From: Nemertoderma westbladi
Taxonomy: Eukaryota > Animalia > Xenacoelomorpha
Direction: 5' to 3'
Length of the DNA stretch: 42,515 nucleotides
Assembly (NCBI GenBank): GCA_032718475.1
Contig: JAUCBJ010006395.1
Span: forward strand, 1-42,515
Shown here: positions 24,604 through 36,018 of the stretch, piece by piece
Layout of the letters: each line of letters begins with the position of its first letter
Position numbering within the stretch: position 1 is the stretch's first letter
Translations under genes and position numbers: made by a program
Notes under the pieces: model-generated
The model's database searches: none
What the model saw: only the letters and a program-made list of their open reading frames with translations
What the model was told of the DNA's origin: nothing

Positions 24604-25667
24604 TATATAATTCTTATGCTTCCGTTTGTTTTACACGCGCAGATTTAACAAGGTCTTCCCTCTTTTCTCATTTGACGACGCCAGAGAGAGGTCGTCAATT
24701 TATAATATACGCCATATGTACCGGTAATACCGGTACTTGATTTTCTTTTGCTCTTTTCAATTCCAGTTGTTTAGTGACAATTTTTTAATTGCAAGTAACA
24801 AAATATGTTAAATTTCACTAAAAAATCACCCAGAGTAGTTTCACCCCCGGGTTAAAATACCCTAGTGAATTCTAACCGGTGGGTGATAACAGGCTGACAG
24901 GTTAATACACTAGCTGACTAGGCCTAGTGAATTTTAACTGGAGGGGGGGGGATTTTTAGGGGGGGGGGGGGTTGTTGTATCCCGTAGTATCACCGGTAGT
25001 TGTATCCTAAAAAAAATAAATAATACAAAAGAGTGAGAAACGCTTGCAAAGCGTGTATAACAGTGTAGTTCAAATAGTATAGAGGGGCGAACATGATGTG
25101 CAAAATAAAACAAAGCATTGTGGGGCGAGCTACGCATTGAGCGGGGGGGCTGATCAGTCAGAGAGCATGACACATTACAATCTTATGACTATGCGTTTTA
25201 ATGCAGCTTTTTGTGTTCCAAAAAAACACAAAAAACGGTCCCAAGCCCACAAAATTGCAGATGGAGAACTCAATAAAGTTGCTAGACAGAGGCATACATA
25301 ATACATACATAGCCTACATAATGCAGTCTCTGATATTGATATTGATTTATTAGTGACGGGACACATAATAGATAACATTTAAGTTGGTATAGACCGTTAG
25401 CAACCATACAATTGTTATAGATACAGTACGAGATATTTTTGTTATGAATTTAAATCAGTATGGTATGAAAAATATATGAACAGCACATCTTGCGCGAGAT
25501 ATATCGATAAAATTGTCACTTAATGGGATAGCCACATGAGGCGGACCTCGTTTCCATCGCAAACGCGATGACACATGAGGCGGACCTCGCAAACTATACG
25601 TAGAATATAGCATACAGTCTATCCTTCAGTATATGGGCTACAGTCAAGGCGTACTATATACATTATA

Positions 25668-27643
25668 CAAGGCCATGCCATCGAGTTAACTGGGGGCGGT
25701 GACTGGGGGCAAGATTTTTTTTACAACAATTTGATATTTTGATATGGGGAGAGTTCTATAAATTTTAATTTGCTGCAAATTGGTCAATGGACGTAATTGA
25801 AGCATCCTCGTTAAGTAAGATACAAATTTTTATGGCAGCTATTGTTTTAGATAGGTTTATATAGGTTGATAGATCTAGTAATTTCGACACTGGTTCCGAC
25901 ATCCTACTTACCTCTATAAATATTTTGTAGTAGCTAGTTCTTTTTACTATTTGTATAGAAAATGTTCCAGAACATGTTAGCTATTCATTTGTTTAAAAAA
26001 ATTTGTTCTAGAACAAATATTTTTTGTTCTAGAACATTTTTTAGAAAACAACCTGGAGTCTATTTAAAACGCATGGAATCGTTCTAAAACGTGTTTAAAA
26101 TCAATAAAAAAAATTGTGAAAAAAATATATTGTGAAATTTTTTAAATTTTTTTATTTATTTTAAACAGTATAATAAATACACAACGTTACATGAACATTG
26201 TCGAGGGTTTTCTTTCTTTTTGTAAATAATGTTATCCCTCGCTTTCAGCTTTCTGAAAGTCTTTCCTTCATTTGTCTCTCCCGCAATGCCAGCATCCCAG
26301 TTTCGGAACATATCGCTTTGATATCAGTACTTTTCATATTGTTCTTAAATTCTATTGAAGAAGATGGCACCATTTACAGAGACTCTACCCCCCCAGGATG
26401 TCGTATAGTCCTTCGGATGCTGAGTCGATGGATCCCAGTATTGATGCAGTGTTCCAAATTAGGATCGCGATGAGGATCCGCTGCAGTAGAAAACGGTGGG
26501 ATCGGGGTTCATGTGTCTGGGAGGCGATCCTCTTTCCCAGTTCCTGGAAAAACTCAGCCGTTTTTGGACCGGGGCGGCCGAACGTCTCGAAGGCGACTGG
26601 GGTAAACTGGTAGCCCCGGTCGATGAGCTCCCGGTATTTGCCGATCTTATGGGCCTCCTTCTGCTCGGCTACCCGGCCGCCTTTGGTTTGGCTCGTGTGG
26701 AGGTGGCTGGGAGCGAGCGGGTCGATCACGGTGGCGTCCCAGGCCAGGGTCCGGCCTTGGCTCCAGGGAACCAAGGTTACTCCGTCCACCCGCTTCCCGT
26801 CATTCCGGCAAAGACCCGGTGGCTCCAACACTGACGGAACTCCACAGCTGGTTAATGATCGCCGCACAATGTCTTCTGGCAGGAGAGTCTGTGGAGGCCA
26901 TCGGAGTTCACCAGTTTACCGCAGCGGACGCAGCTGTGTGGCTCCGTTACCTTGCATCCCAAGCGGGTAGCCACGGAAATGCGTACCTGGCGTCAGTGAG
27001 TTTAAGACCCAATGATGATATTGGGATCGCATCAATCCAGCAGCCAGGGATCAGATCCTCCAGGGCATTCAACCGGGCGAGGTCAGTTTGGGATGCGGAT
27101 TCCCGGAGAGAAGCGAGGTTCCTCTGGTGGATTGGCATCGTCAATCCACCTATACAGTATAATTTAGTAGTAAAAATATATAGTAAAAACAATAATAAAA
27201 ATAAAGTTAAACAAGTTAGTTTTTAAACACGTTTTAGAACGATTTCATGCGTTTTAAATAGAATCAAGATTTTTTTCTAAAAAATGTTCTAGAACAAAAA
27301 TTTTTGTTCTAGAACAAAATTCTTTAAAAATGAATAGCGAACATGTTCTGAAACACTTTCTATACAAATAGTAAAAAGAACTAGCTACTACAAAATAATT
27401 ATAGAAGGAAGTAGGATGTCGGAACCAGTGTCGAAATTACTAGCTAAACCTATCTAAAACACTAGCTACCACAAAATTTGTTATCTTACTTAACGAGGAT
27501 GCTTCAATTACGTCCATTGATAAAATTGCAGCAAATGAAAATTTATAGAACTCTCCCCATATCAAAATATCAAATTGTTGTAAAAAAATCTTTCCCCCAG
27601 TCACCGCCCCCAGTTAACTTGACTGCTCGTTGGCATGGCCTTG
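25668..27643. mobile_element. Foldback-type element with ~430-bp TIRs, flanked by TA
   Basis: 25668-26100 is the reverse complement of about 27222-27643 (CAAGGCCATGCCA...GTGTTTAAAA). TA on both sides is consistent with Tc1/mariner. Confidence 0.85.
26175..27153 (-). mobile_element. Second CRE-like REL retroelement fragment (5'-truncated), nested in the foldback spacer
   Basis: WIDAIPISSLGLKL, a CxxC..H..C finger, EPPGLCRNDGKRVDG, LAWDATV, E..KI.KY and FTPVAFETFG. Flanked by the 10-bp direct repeat ACAGTATAAT (26165-26174, 27154-27163). Confidence 0.85.
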
Positions 27644-28079
27644 TATATAGTGCTTTGGCTACAGTACTTTATGACTATGACCTAAATTTTGAGTCTCAGT
27701 TATACGAGTTTATATCTACCCACTGCATAGGCCCAGTGTGCAGGTATGTGTTGCATTATATTGTATTATACGAACAGTAGCCTACTTCTACTGTATGCCA
27801 CTCAAAATCTACATGAATCCAAGTGCAGTCAATCATTTCATACTCACCACATGACCACAGAACCAAGGCTGCAAGGCCGCTATTGACAATGTAGCAGCGC
27901 ATATCTGCATATTTCGGTGCCGTTGCATTTGCTTACAATTAATTATATTTGTATAAAAGCAGACAAGTGTAGTATACTACTGTACACTAGTATACACGTT
28001 TTGCATGCGTTTCTCACTCATTTGTACTATTTTTTGCACTCTTTTGTACTATTTTTGCACTTTATTGTACTCTTTTGTA

Positions 28080-29252
28080 GGGTGTTTGAAAAAGGTGGAC
28101 TGGACACAGAAAACATGGACAACGGACAGACCAATCAGAAACGTACTGTATTATGCAAAGCAGTTTGTACTTTGTAGCAATTGGTCTGTCCATCTTTTTC
28201 AAGTTTTCGTTTTCTTAGTTACATAATTGGGAATAAGATGTGTGTTTGAAAAACACACACCTTTTTCTGTCCACTCTGTCCACCTTTTTCAGGTTTCAAT
28301 TATCTATCTATAATGGGCATGCTGGAAGCAGCTGCATTAGGAATGCTGCCGGTGTCCTACAGTAGGCGTATCTACCCCCCCCCCCCCCCCCCCCCACCCC
28401 CGCGCGGATTGCCCTCCTATAGACTTACAGTATAATAATAGGTCTAGCGTACCGTACAGCACTTTAACTTACTTTACTTTATTTTTGTGGTTGGGTTAGT
28501 TGGTCAGGCCCAAACCCTAATTGCTAATTAAAACTGTCATTAGTCTATAACCTTAAAGTCCCGATGCTCTAATCTATGAAATTTTGTGGAATTTAGGATC
28601 CAAAATATTTAAGGTTGGGGTTACATGACAGTTTTAATTAAGGTTTTGGGCTTCCATTTCCACTTTGAATTAGGGTTTCGGACCGCCACTCCAAAAATAT
28701 GGGAACTTATTTACCTCCCTCTCTGCCAGTCTGCGCTCGGTCGTTTAATAACAGATCTCGGGATGAACGGTAAATAAAGCATCTTATATTTCCCTCACAG
28801 TACAATATAGATAGTTATTATAATTAACTTTATAATGCTGTAATGTAATGAGTTGGAATATTGACGTTCCAATATTGATGCTAAGGCTGTAAGGCTCAGC
28901 TCAGACTTCGTGGCTCGCCCCATATTATTGTACTAGGCCTATTTCGACAACCTCGGTTGGTCACAGTAAGTATGGGATATAATAATAACAATAATAATCC
29001 GTAAAAACCTTCTGAAATTTTTTGAAAAACGTGGACAGAGCTGCTATAACGTGCAAATCAATCTGATTGGTCAATTCATTGCCTTCTTTTTCTCAACCCA
29101 GCAGCCCCTTCCACCTTATTCAAATTTGAAAAAAGTGGACAACAAAAGCTGAAAAAAGTGGACATGCTGTGTGACGCAAATCGCCCGTGATTGGTCTATG
29201 TCATGTCCATTGTCCATGTTTTCTGTGTCCAGTCCACCTTTTTCAAACACCC
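28080..29252. mobile_element. Mutator-like non-autonomous element
   Basis: TIR GGGTGTTTGAAAAAGGTGGACTGGACACAGAAAACATGGACAA and 10-bp TSD CTCTTTTGTA (28070-28079, 29253-29262). Contains a nested DINE-like end near 28920. Confidence 0.8.
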
Positions 29253-30067
29253 CTCTTTTGTACTCTTTTGTACTATATTGTATTATTTTGTATTTTTTTG
29301 TACTTTTTTGTACAGATTCGTCGGACCACCTACTGTAGGTCCTCGTTTCATAATCAGGCAGTCAGGTATCAATTAATTTCCTCTTAGATTTACAGTATTT
29401 AATTCAATTATTGTATAAAAAATGCCTACCGTTATTTTGTACCTACTAGAAAGGCCTTTCCTAAAGGAAATGCAACCACGAAACTACCGGCTGGCCGGTA
29501 AGGAGAATTAAACAATTCGTTGCTTAGTTATGTTAAAAGGTTGGCTTATTGCCTTTATTCAACTCCTATAGATTGTTCTCGAATTGTTTTTTAATCTTTT
29601 AAGAAAAGATCCAGATTGTGGTTCAGTTCAGATGACACATTCCGCGTTTCATAAAATATTATTGTGTAGTTTCTTTACAAATTAACGATTTTCTATCAAA
29701 ATGTCTGTTTGCAGTCTCTGGTTGTCATGGAAACTGAGAAATAGAACAACATAAATCAGATTCAGAATAGCGTAAGTGATATAGGCCTAGTACAGTAGTA
29801 GGGCTATTATTATTATTATTATATTATTTGGGAGGAGACACCGCTGTCATAGAAGCGTACAAATAAAACTGCACATAATACAATAAAACAGGAGAAAGTT
29901 GAACAGAGAATAAAACAAAACGATGTCAAATCGTTTTGTCCTGTACCGGTAACAGGTAAGGTAGGGGGTTGGCCTCAAGTCATGCCTAATACCTTAACCG
30001 TCTGACCGTATACATAAAATTATCATTTTTAAAAAATGAACATTTGCTTTGCCTGGTTGCCATGGTG

Positions 30068-30362
30068 TTCTGACTTCCATTATTTTATTCTGCCTTCCAT
30101 TTTCTGACTTCCATCTTTAGATCTTCTGACTTCCATTTTCTGACTTCCGTTTTCTGACTTCCATTTTTTCTGACTTTCATTTTTTTATTCTGACTTTCAT
30201 TTTCTGACTTCCATTTTCTGACTTCAATTGTCTGACTTCCGTTTTCTGACTTCCATTTTCTGACTTCCATTTTCTGACTTCCGTTTTCTGACTTCTATTT
30301 TTTCTGACTTCTATTTTTTCTGACTTTCATTTTTAATTCTGACTTCCATTTTCTGACTTCCG
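30068..30362. repeat. 15-16-bp minisatellite (TTCTGACTTCCATTT)n
   Basis: About 19 degenerate tandem copies. Confidence 0.92.
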
Positions 30363-30563
30363 TATTCGACGCAAATCAAAGATGATTGTGCTATTTTCAA
30401 AAATAAAATTGTATGTAACCTGTTGCCTGTTCTAGTTCTATATTATGTTTTCGTTTATTGTATTCGTTAGAATAATTGAATAACGTGCCACTGTAACCTG
30501 CTCTTTTCCCATACTGATCCTAAATTACTCAACTATCAGATTATAACTGTATAAGGCTATCAT

Positions 30564-32509
30564 CAGTCGGTGAGAAGTCAAAAATTGGACTTCAAGTCCA
30601 ATTTTAGACTTAAAGTCCAATTTTGGACTCCAAAGTCCAATTTTGGACTCCAAAGTCCAATATATTGGACTTTAGTACAACTCCAAGTCAGCAAGTGTAC
30701 CCATGCAGCCATGCTGCCATAGCCATACTGTATATCGGTATTTAAATCAAAACTGCATCCCGTATCAGTACATATATATTGAGGTTCATAATTACAATGC
30801 AACATTATTTTAATGATCAAATTAAATATTATAAGTATTATAAGAAGGGATCGCACACATACAGTCAGACATCAGTAGTTACTTTTTGCGGTAGTGGTAT
30901 GGCTTTGCGGTAGCCTTACTGCCTTAGCAGTGTATACCGCGGTAGCGGTAGTTGAGTTATAGCTGTATAGTTCATTCATACCCATACCTGTGGTATTTTC
31001 GTATGGCAAAAATAAGACTACCGGTACTGTAAACTGTAACCTATTATGTTATTGAGTTAATGTTTATTGACCAATTGTTTTGATTAGGTTCACTGTGTCA
31101 AGTACAATGCACACATCTCCAACCAGACACTATATAACATTGGAGTTGGGGGTTGGTTGTGGTTCCCCCAAGCTTGACACTAGAACAAAGCCGCATCCGC
31201 TTTGCAGGACATTGCTATCGCCATGAGGACCAGCCAGTGCACCTCATGGCAGCATGGAGTGAATAAGCATGGTGAACAGCCAATGACTTTCTTGAGACGC
31301 ATCTTTCTTACTGTCTTAAAGGCTGAAAGGGCACTGGCCTTGAAGATGCGGATGATCTAGCAAATGTCATGGGTGATACAGTGATAAGGCTGTAAGAGTG
31401 TAAGGGAGTTGTGTAGGCGCACTTTTGTCAACAAGCCGCACAGCATTCTTAATAGGGCTTATATATATAATGTAGCTGAATGCAGCATGCCGATTGGAGT
31501 AGTAGTATGTGGTGATAGGGCTCCTTCAATTGGTAAAGTCAAAAGTGGCCGTTTAGTGTTTTAGTTAAAAAAAGCCTGCCTCTGTAACCTGTTCATTTCC
31601 CTCAATTGGTTTATGACGTGTGTTATTTCTGTACTTATTATGTGGAGACCCCAACACGTTAATCAGTTACGGTAATCCCCTTTCATTATCCAGCCGTTTT
31701 AAAATACCATTCCTGTTGTATAAAAAAATTAGAAGAGGCTGAGAGGTGGTGGTAGCATCAACTTGTAGTATTTCTTTCTGATAGGGCTCCCGCTCCCATA
31801 GGCTTAGGCGAAATCGTAGCTTGTACTGTAGTTAGCCTTAGCAGCAGCTGCAGTTGGCAAACCTGGCATTGCTACCACTTTCCACCAAATATAATTTGTA
31901 ATTAAATATTTGTTGGAGAATAATCTAATCTAGTCCTAACTGCCTAAAGACTCTAAAGTCCTGGGTACATAAGGCTGTAATATAAGCCTGTAAGGTTACC
32001 ATAGACATAACATGAATGTATACTAAACAATATGCTAAAAGTAAAGTACAGTACAAAGTACCTAGAATGCTAGAATGTACCATTATATTCTAAGTACAGT
32101 ACGTGTACGAGTACACTGAAGATACATGCAGAGCTGCAAAGGTAACTTTCCATACTTAATAGCGGTCTCTCATCTGTGATGCTTCATGTAGGCCTACCTT
32201 TAAGTTTGATTCTCAATGTAACGTCCAAAATTGGACTTAAAGTCCAATATTGGACTTTTGTAAAAATTCAAAGCCTTATAAAAAAAGTTCCCCCTGGTGA
32301 ATTTCAGGTCCCCCTGTTCAAAACTCTTATTTTTTGATATATTTTCGATTAAAAAAGAAAAATCCCGCCCGATCCAATTACCCAAGGCCCTGGAACAACT
32401 GGCTGATTTGAAGTCCAATATTGGACTCACAGAAGTCCAATTTTGGACTTGAACTGGAGTCGAAGTCCAATTTTGGACTCAAGTCCAATTTTTGACTTCT
32501 CACCGACTG
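30564..32509. mobile_element. Non-autonomous TIR element with 5-bp TSD
   Basis: TIR CAGTCGGTGAGAAGTCAAAAATTGGACTT at both ends, flanking ATCAT duplication (30559-30563, 32510-32514), and subterminal palindromes AAGTCCAATTTTGGACT. Confidence 0.85.
31087..31507 (+). mobile_element. Older 3' fragment of the same RTE LINE family
   Basis: Aligns to 3791-4093 (GTCAAGTACAATGCACACATCTCCAACCAGACAC...TGCAGCATGCCGAT) and ends in a short TAG tail. Confidence 0.9.
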
Positions 32510-32853
32510 ATCATTGAGATTCCGTTTCTTATCCTCCTGTAAGTAACGAATAAACGAAGAAACGTTTCATCAGTTAGGCCTACTCCCTGAAATTAAAACA
32601 AATATAAATAGATACCGGTACCGGTGCATACCGGTACCGGTGCATACCGGTGCATGTTGCATTCAGACATTCGTGCTTAGTAATTTATAGATCCAATGTA
32701 CTGCAGTACTGAAGTACAGATGTAACATAGTTATAGGATCCAATGTAACATAATTGCGGTTACGTTCGATTCCAAGAAATAACTATGTTACCTTCGACCC
32801 TGACAGCCTGACAGCCTGATTACGTTCAGTCTGTCACCCCTGCTGCTCTGTAT

Positions 32854-34107
32854 GGAATCTATCCAGAAAGTGCGCCGGATAGCGCGCCGACCAATTTTTA
32901 TGCGCGTCACGCGCCGATGCAATTTTGAAGCAAACCCCACGGCCACGCCAACGAAATTTTTAAGCGCGACGCACATTGACCAATTGAAACAATTTTTAAG
33001 AGCGCCGCGCCAATGCAATTTCAATTTTGAAGGAGTGTAACCAGTCTGCCAATGCTGCAATGTCAGCACTGCTGTACCTGTCCCTGTCACCCATTCTGCT
33101 AAGTAGGGCATGTACGCCGAACGCGTTCGGCGCACAATTTTTTCCAGAATTTGGAGCAGGCGCAGAAAATTGAGAGCGCAGCGCCGTGCAGCGCCACGCC
33201 GCCACGCAGCGCCGCGCAGCGCCGCGCAGAGAAAATTTAGAGCGCGGCGCGACAGGCGCAGGCGCAGAAAATTGATAGCACGGCTCAGACTTGCACTACA
33301 GCACTAAGTCAGTACCGGTAAGTAGACCTACCCCTGGCAGTCTGCCGACTACCGGTCTGCCGGTAACAGGGTAATGACAATACAGATAAGACTGTAAGAA
33401 ATACTGAAATAATAAGCCTCCTACTTGCTACTTGGTGTGCTTTAGGCCAGTACAGCAGTAGGCAGGCAGGTACTTGGTAGGAGATTTCGCGCAGTATTTC
33501 TGCTGTGCGCGCCAATGTGTAATGTCAATGCTGTAATGTCAATAATATAATAAAGCGTCCTACTTGGTGTGCTTAGGGCTTGCTTAGGCCAGTAGAGTAG
33601 GCACTAGGCAGGCAGGCGGGTAGGTGGTACGGTACAGTACCGGTACTACAGAGGTAGGAGATTTCGCGCAGTATTTCTGCTGTGCGCGCCAATCTCGCGC
33701 AGAATTTCTGCTGCGCGCGCCAATCTCGCGCAGTTTTTCTGCTGCGCACGCGGATTTTGCACTGTTTTCGACTGCGCAGGCGCACATTTTTTTCTGCGCC
33801 GCGTCGCGTTCGGCGCACAAAAAAGTCACTTAGCATACGGGCCTGTCACCCTGTCTGTATAGCAGAAGCACTCACCATAGAACAGAAAAAAAGAAAGACG
33901 AGCGAAACGAGCCGAAATTTTTAAACAGCTAATGCAATTTTTAAGGCACTTCAGTATAATTGTTAAACCAACAAATCGGCGCTGGTTTTTATTTTTGGGA
34001 GCGCCACGCTTTGCCATGCCAGTGCAGCAGTGCGCTTTAATCTGTTAATTGTAAAGCGCGCCGTATTAATCCGGCGCAAAGTGTACCGGTATGGCAGTAT
34101 GGATTCC
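32854..34107. repeat. Degenerate CpG/GCGC-rich repeat complex, probably nested TIR elements
   Basis: Imperfect inverted ends (TGCGCCGGAT/ATCCGGCGCA), internal direct duplication GGAGATTTCGCGCAGTATTTCTGCTGTGCGCGCCAAT (33480, 33657) and many GCGC units. Confidence 0.5.
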
Positions 34108-34470
34108 AGTCTGGCTGTCACCCATTATTACTAGATTATTACCGGTACCATTGTCTGATTATGTTAATAAACAAACTTTAAAATAATTCGATTTCTTAAT
34201 CAAGCCTGCAAGGGCATAGACTGATAGAGGAATTGATTTTGGAAGAACAATACTTATAAATGTTAAGTGGTTGTTTGGGTTTGGGGGCGGTAGCGTTCGA
34301 ACTAAACAGGTGGGGGTTTTGGTGGTTTTCTCTAGGCAGCTAGGAAGCGGTAAATTGACCTAAAATACAAAAATTTTATTATAAGTGGTTTTGTCACGGC
34401 AGCACGGGAACTGGTAAAATGACATTAAAAAAAATTAAAAATTGAGGCCCCCGAACAGGAACGTCCCCAC

Positions 34471-35329
34471 ACATGAGAGTAAAAACCCAAGCGATCATTT
34501 TGTGAACATCCAATGATATTGCCTGTTTTATAAATGCTTTAAGTTGTTATGGGATGTTCTGTTTGATTGGTTGTTGTGTGATTTACTTGCTAATCTTGGC
34601 CAGTATTAAATGCACTAAATCAACAAGCGATCAATGTAACTTAGTAGTTTACATTTAAATATTAGCAGTATGCCGGTAGCTCTACATGTACTCTCAGACT
34701 CTAACACACTTACCTATGACGCTATGAGTGATGTTTGCAGTGACTGACGTAATAATGAAAGAATGCAGGAATGTACTTAAGAATATAATACAATTGATGG
34801 ACTCTTGCTCTAGGTTCTAGGATAGAGGCCAGGCCTCTTTACAGCTTTAATCTTTGTAAAATACTGTCATATCGTACAATACAGCAGTAACTGGACACTT
34901 AATGTAGGTAAATAATACGTAATACAGTTATACATATGTTATGATATACAGTTATCTGGTTATACGTACTACATTATTCTATCCATTATCCTGCCACAGC
35001 AACCTGCCCTTCCCTTTCCCTCACTTAATCAATTATCATTGCTAATTCGCCGGGATGTGCTTTTAATTCATCCAAGATAGGTTTTCGAAAATCCCCCCCC
35101 CCCCCCCCCCTCCATCATGCCTCCTGTGAAACATATTGACTCCTACTGTATATCTGTACACATTGATCAGTGCTTGTTGATTTAGTGTATTTAATACTGG
35201 CCAAGATTAGCAAGTAAATCACATAACAACCAATCAAACAGAACATCCCATAACAACTTAAAGCATTTATAAAACAGGCAATATCATTGGATGTTCACAA
35301 AATGATCGCTTGGGTTTTTACTCTCATGT
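34471..35329. mobile_element. Mutator-like MITE with ~160-bp TIRs
   Basis: ACATGAGAGTAAAAACCCAAGCG... is inverted at the other end with very few mismatches; 9-bp TSD CGTCCCCAC at 34462-34470 and 35330-35338. Confidence 0.9.
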
Positions 35330-36018
35330 CGTCCCCACATGACGCTCATTGGTGAGTAGTATCAAGTACATACATGCAAAATTTCAGGGCACTTTTAAAG
35401 GCTAGTTTTGGCAGCGACCAAAAATCACTAAATCTGCGCCACACAAGTAAAAGGGCCCACTACACACTATGAATACACCATCTCAGCTAAGGAAAATCTT
35501 TCTTAGCGAAAGTAGTTGATTTTCCTTAACTTCGTGGATAAAAACTGCCTACCGTTATTTTGGCAGCCAGCACTTTTCCCCGATTAGGCAGCCATTTTGG
35601 CTGCCTATTTAAGCTACTTCCTACTGCTGTACTGTCAGACTGTCACGTACCACCTACTGTACTATGAGATCATATCAAAATATTTCGCAATGATTTCACT
35701 CAAAATAATTTCCGATAACCCCTATATGCCTCAACACCGATTCGGTGTATACACAATTTTTCCACTGATTTGAGATTTCTAGTAGAACACCTAGCTAGAT
35801 TCAGTGTACGGTACAGTATGCACTTCCGGTACTTGCAGTTACAATCCCTTTAAGGCCTTTATCCTTTCTCAGTATCGCTACACTACCTCGAATGATTCTT
35901 CTTTATAATAATTTTAATTGTATATAATTTATATATCATCATTATATATATATATATATAACAGTATTTCTATTCTACATGTAATTGATCAATGTAATTG
36001 ATTTGATGCGCAATTTGT

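Noticed and set aside
13853-33924. Short ORFs such as 13853-14122, 24225-24476, 30085-30270 and those at 32788-33924
   Set aside because: They are translations of tandem or GCGC-rich repeats.
1128-35110. Poly-G/poly-C runs (about 1137, 5941, 17048, 24959, 28376, 35094) as functional G-quadruplexes
   Set aside because: The run at about 1137 is much shorter in the sister LTR, pointing to slippage or sequencing homopolymer error.
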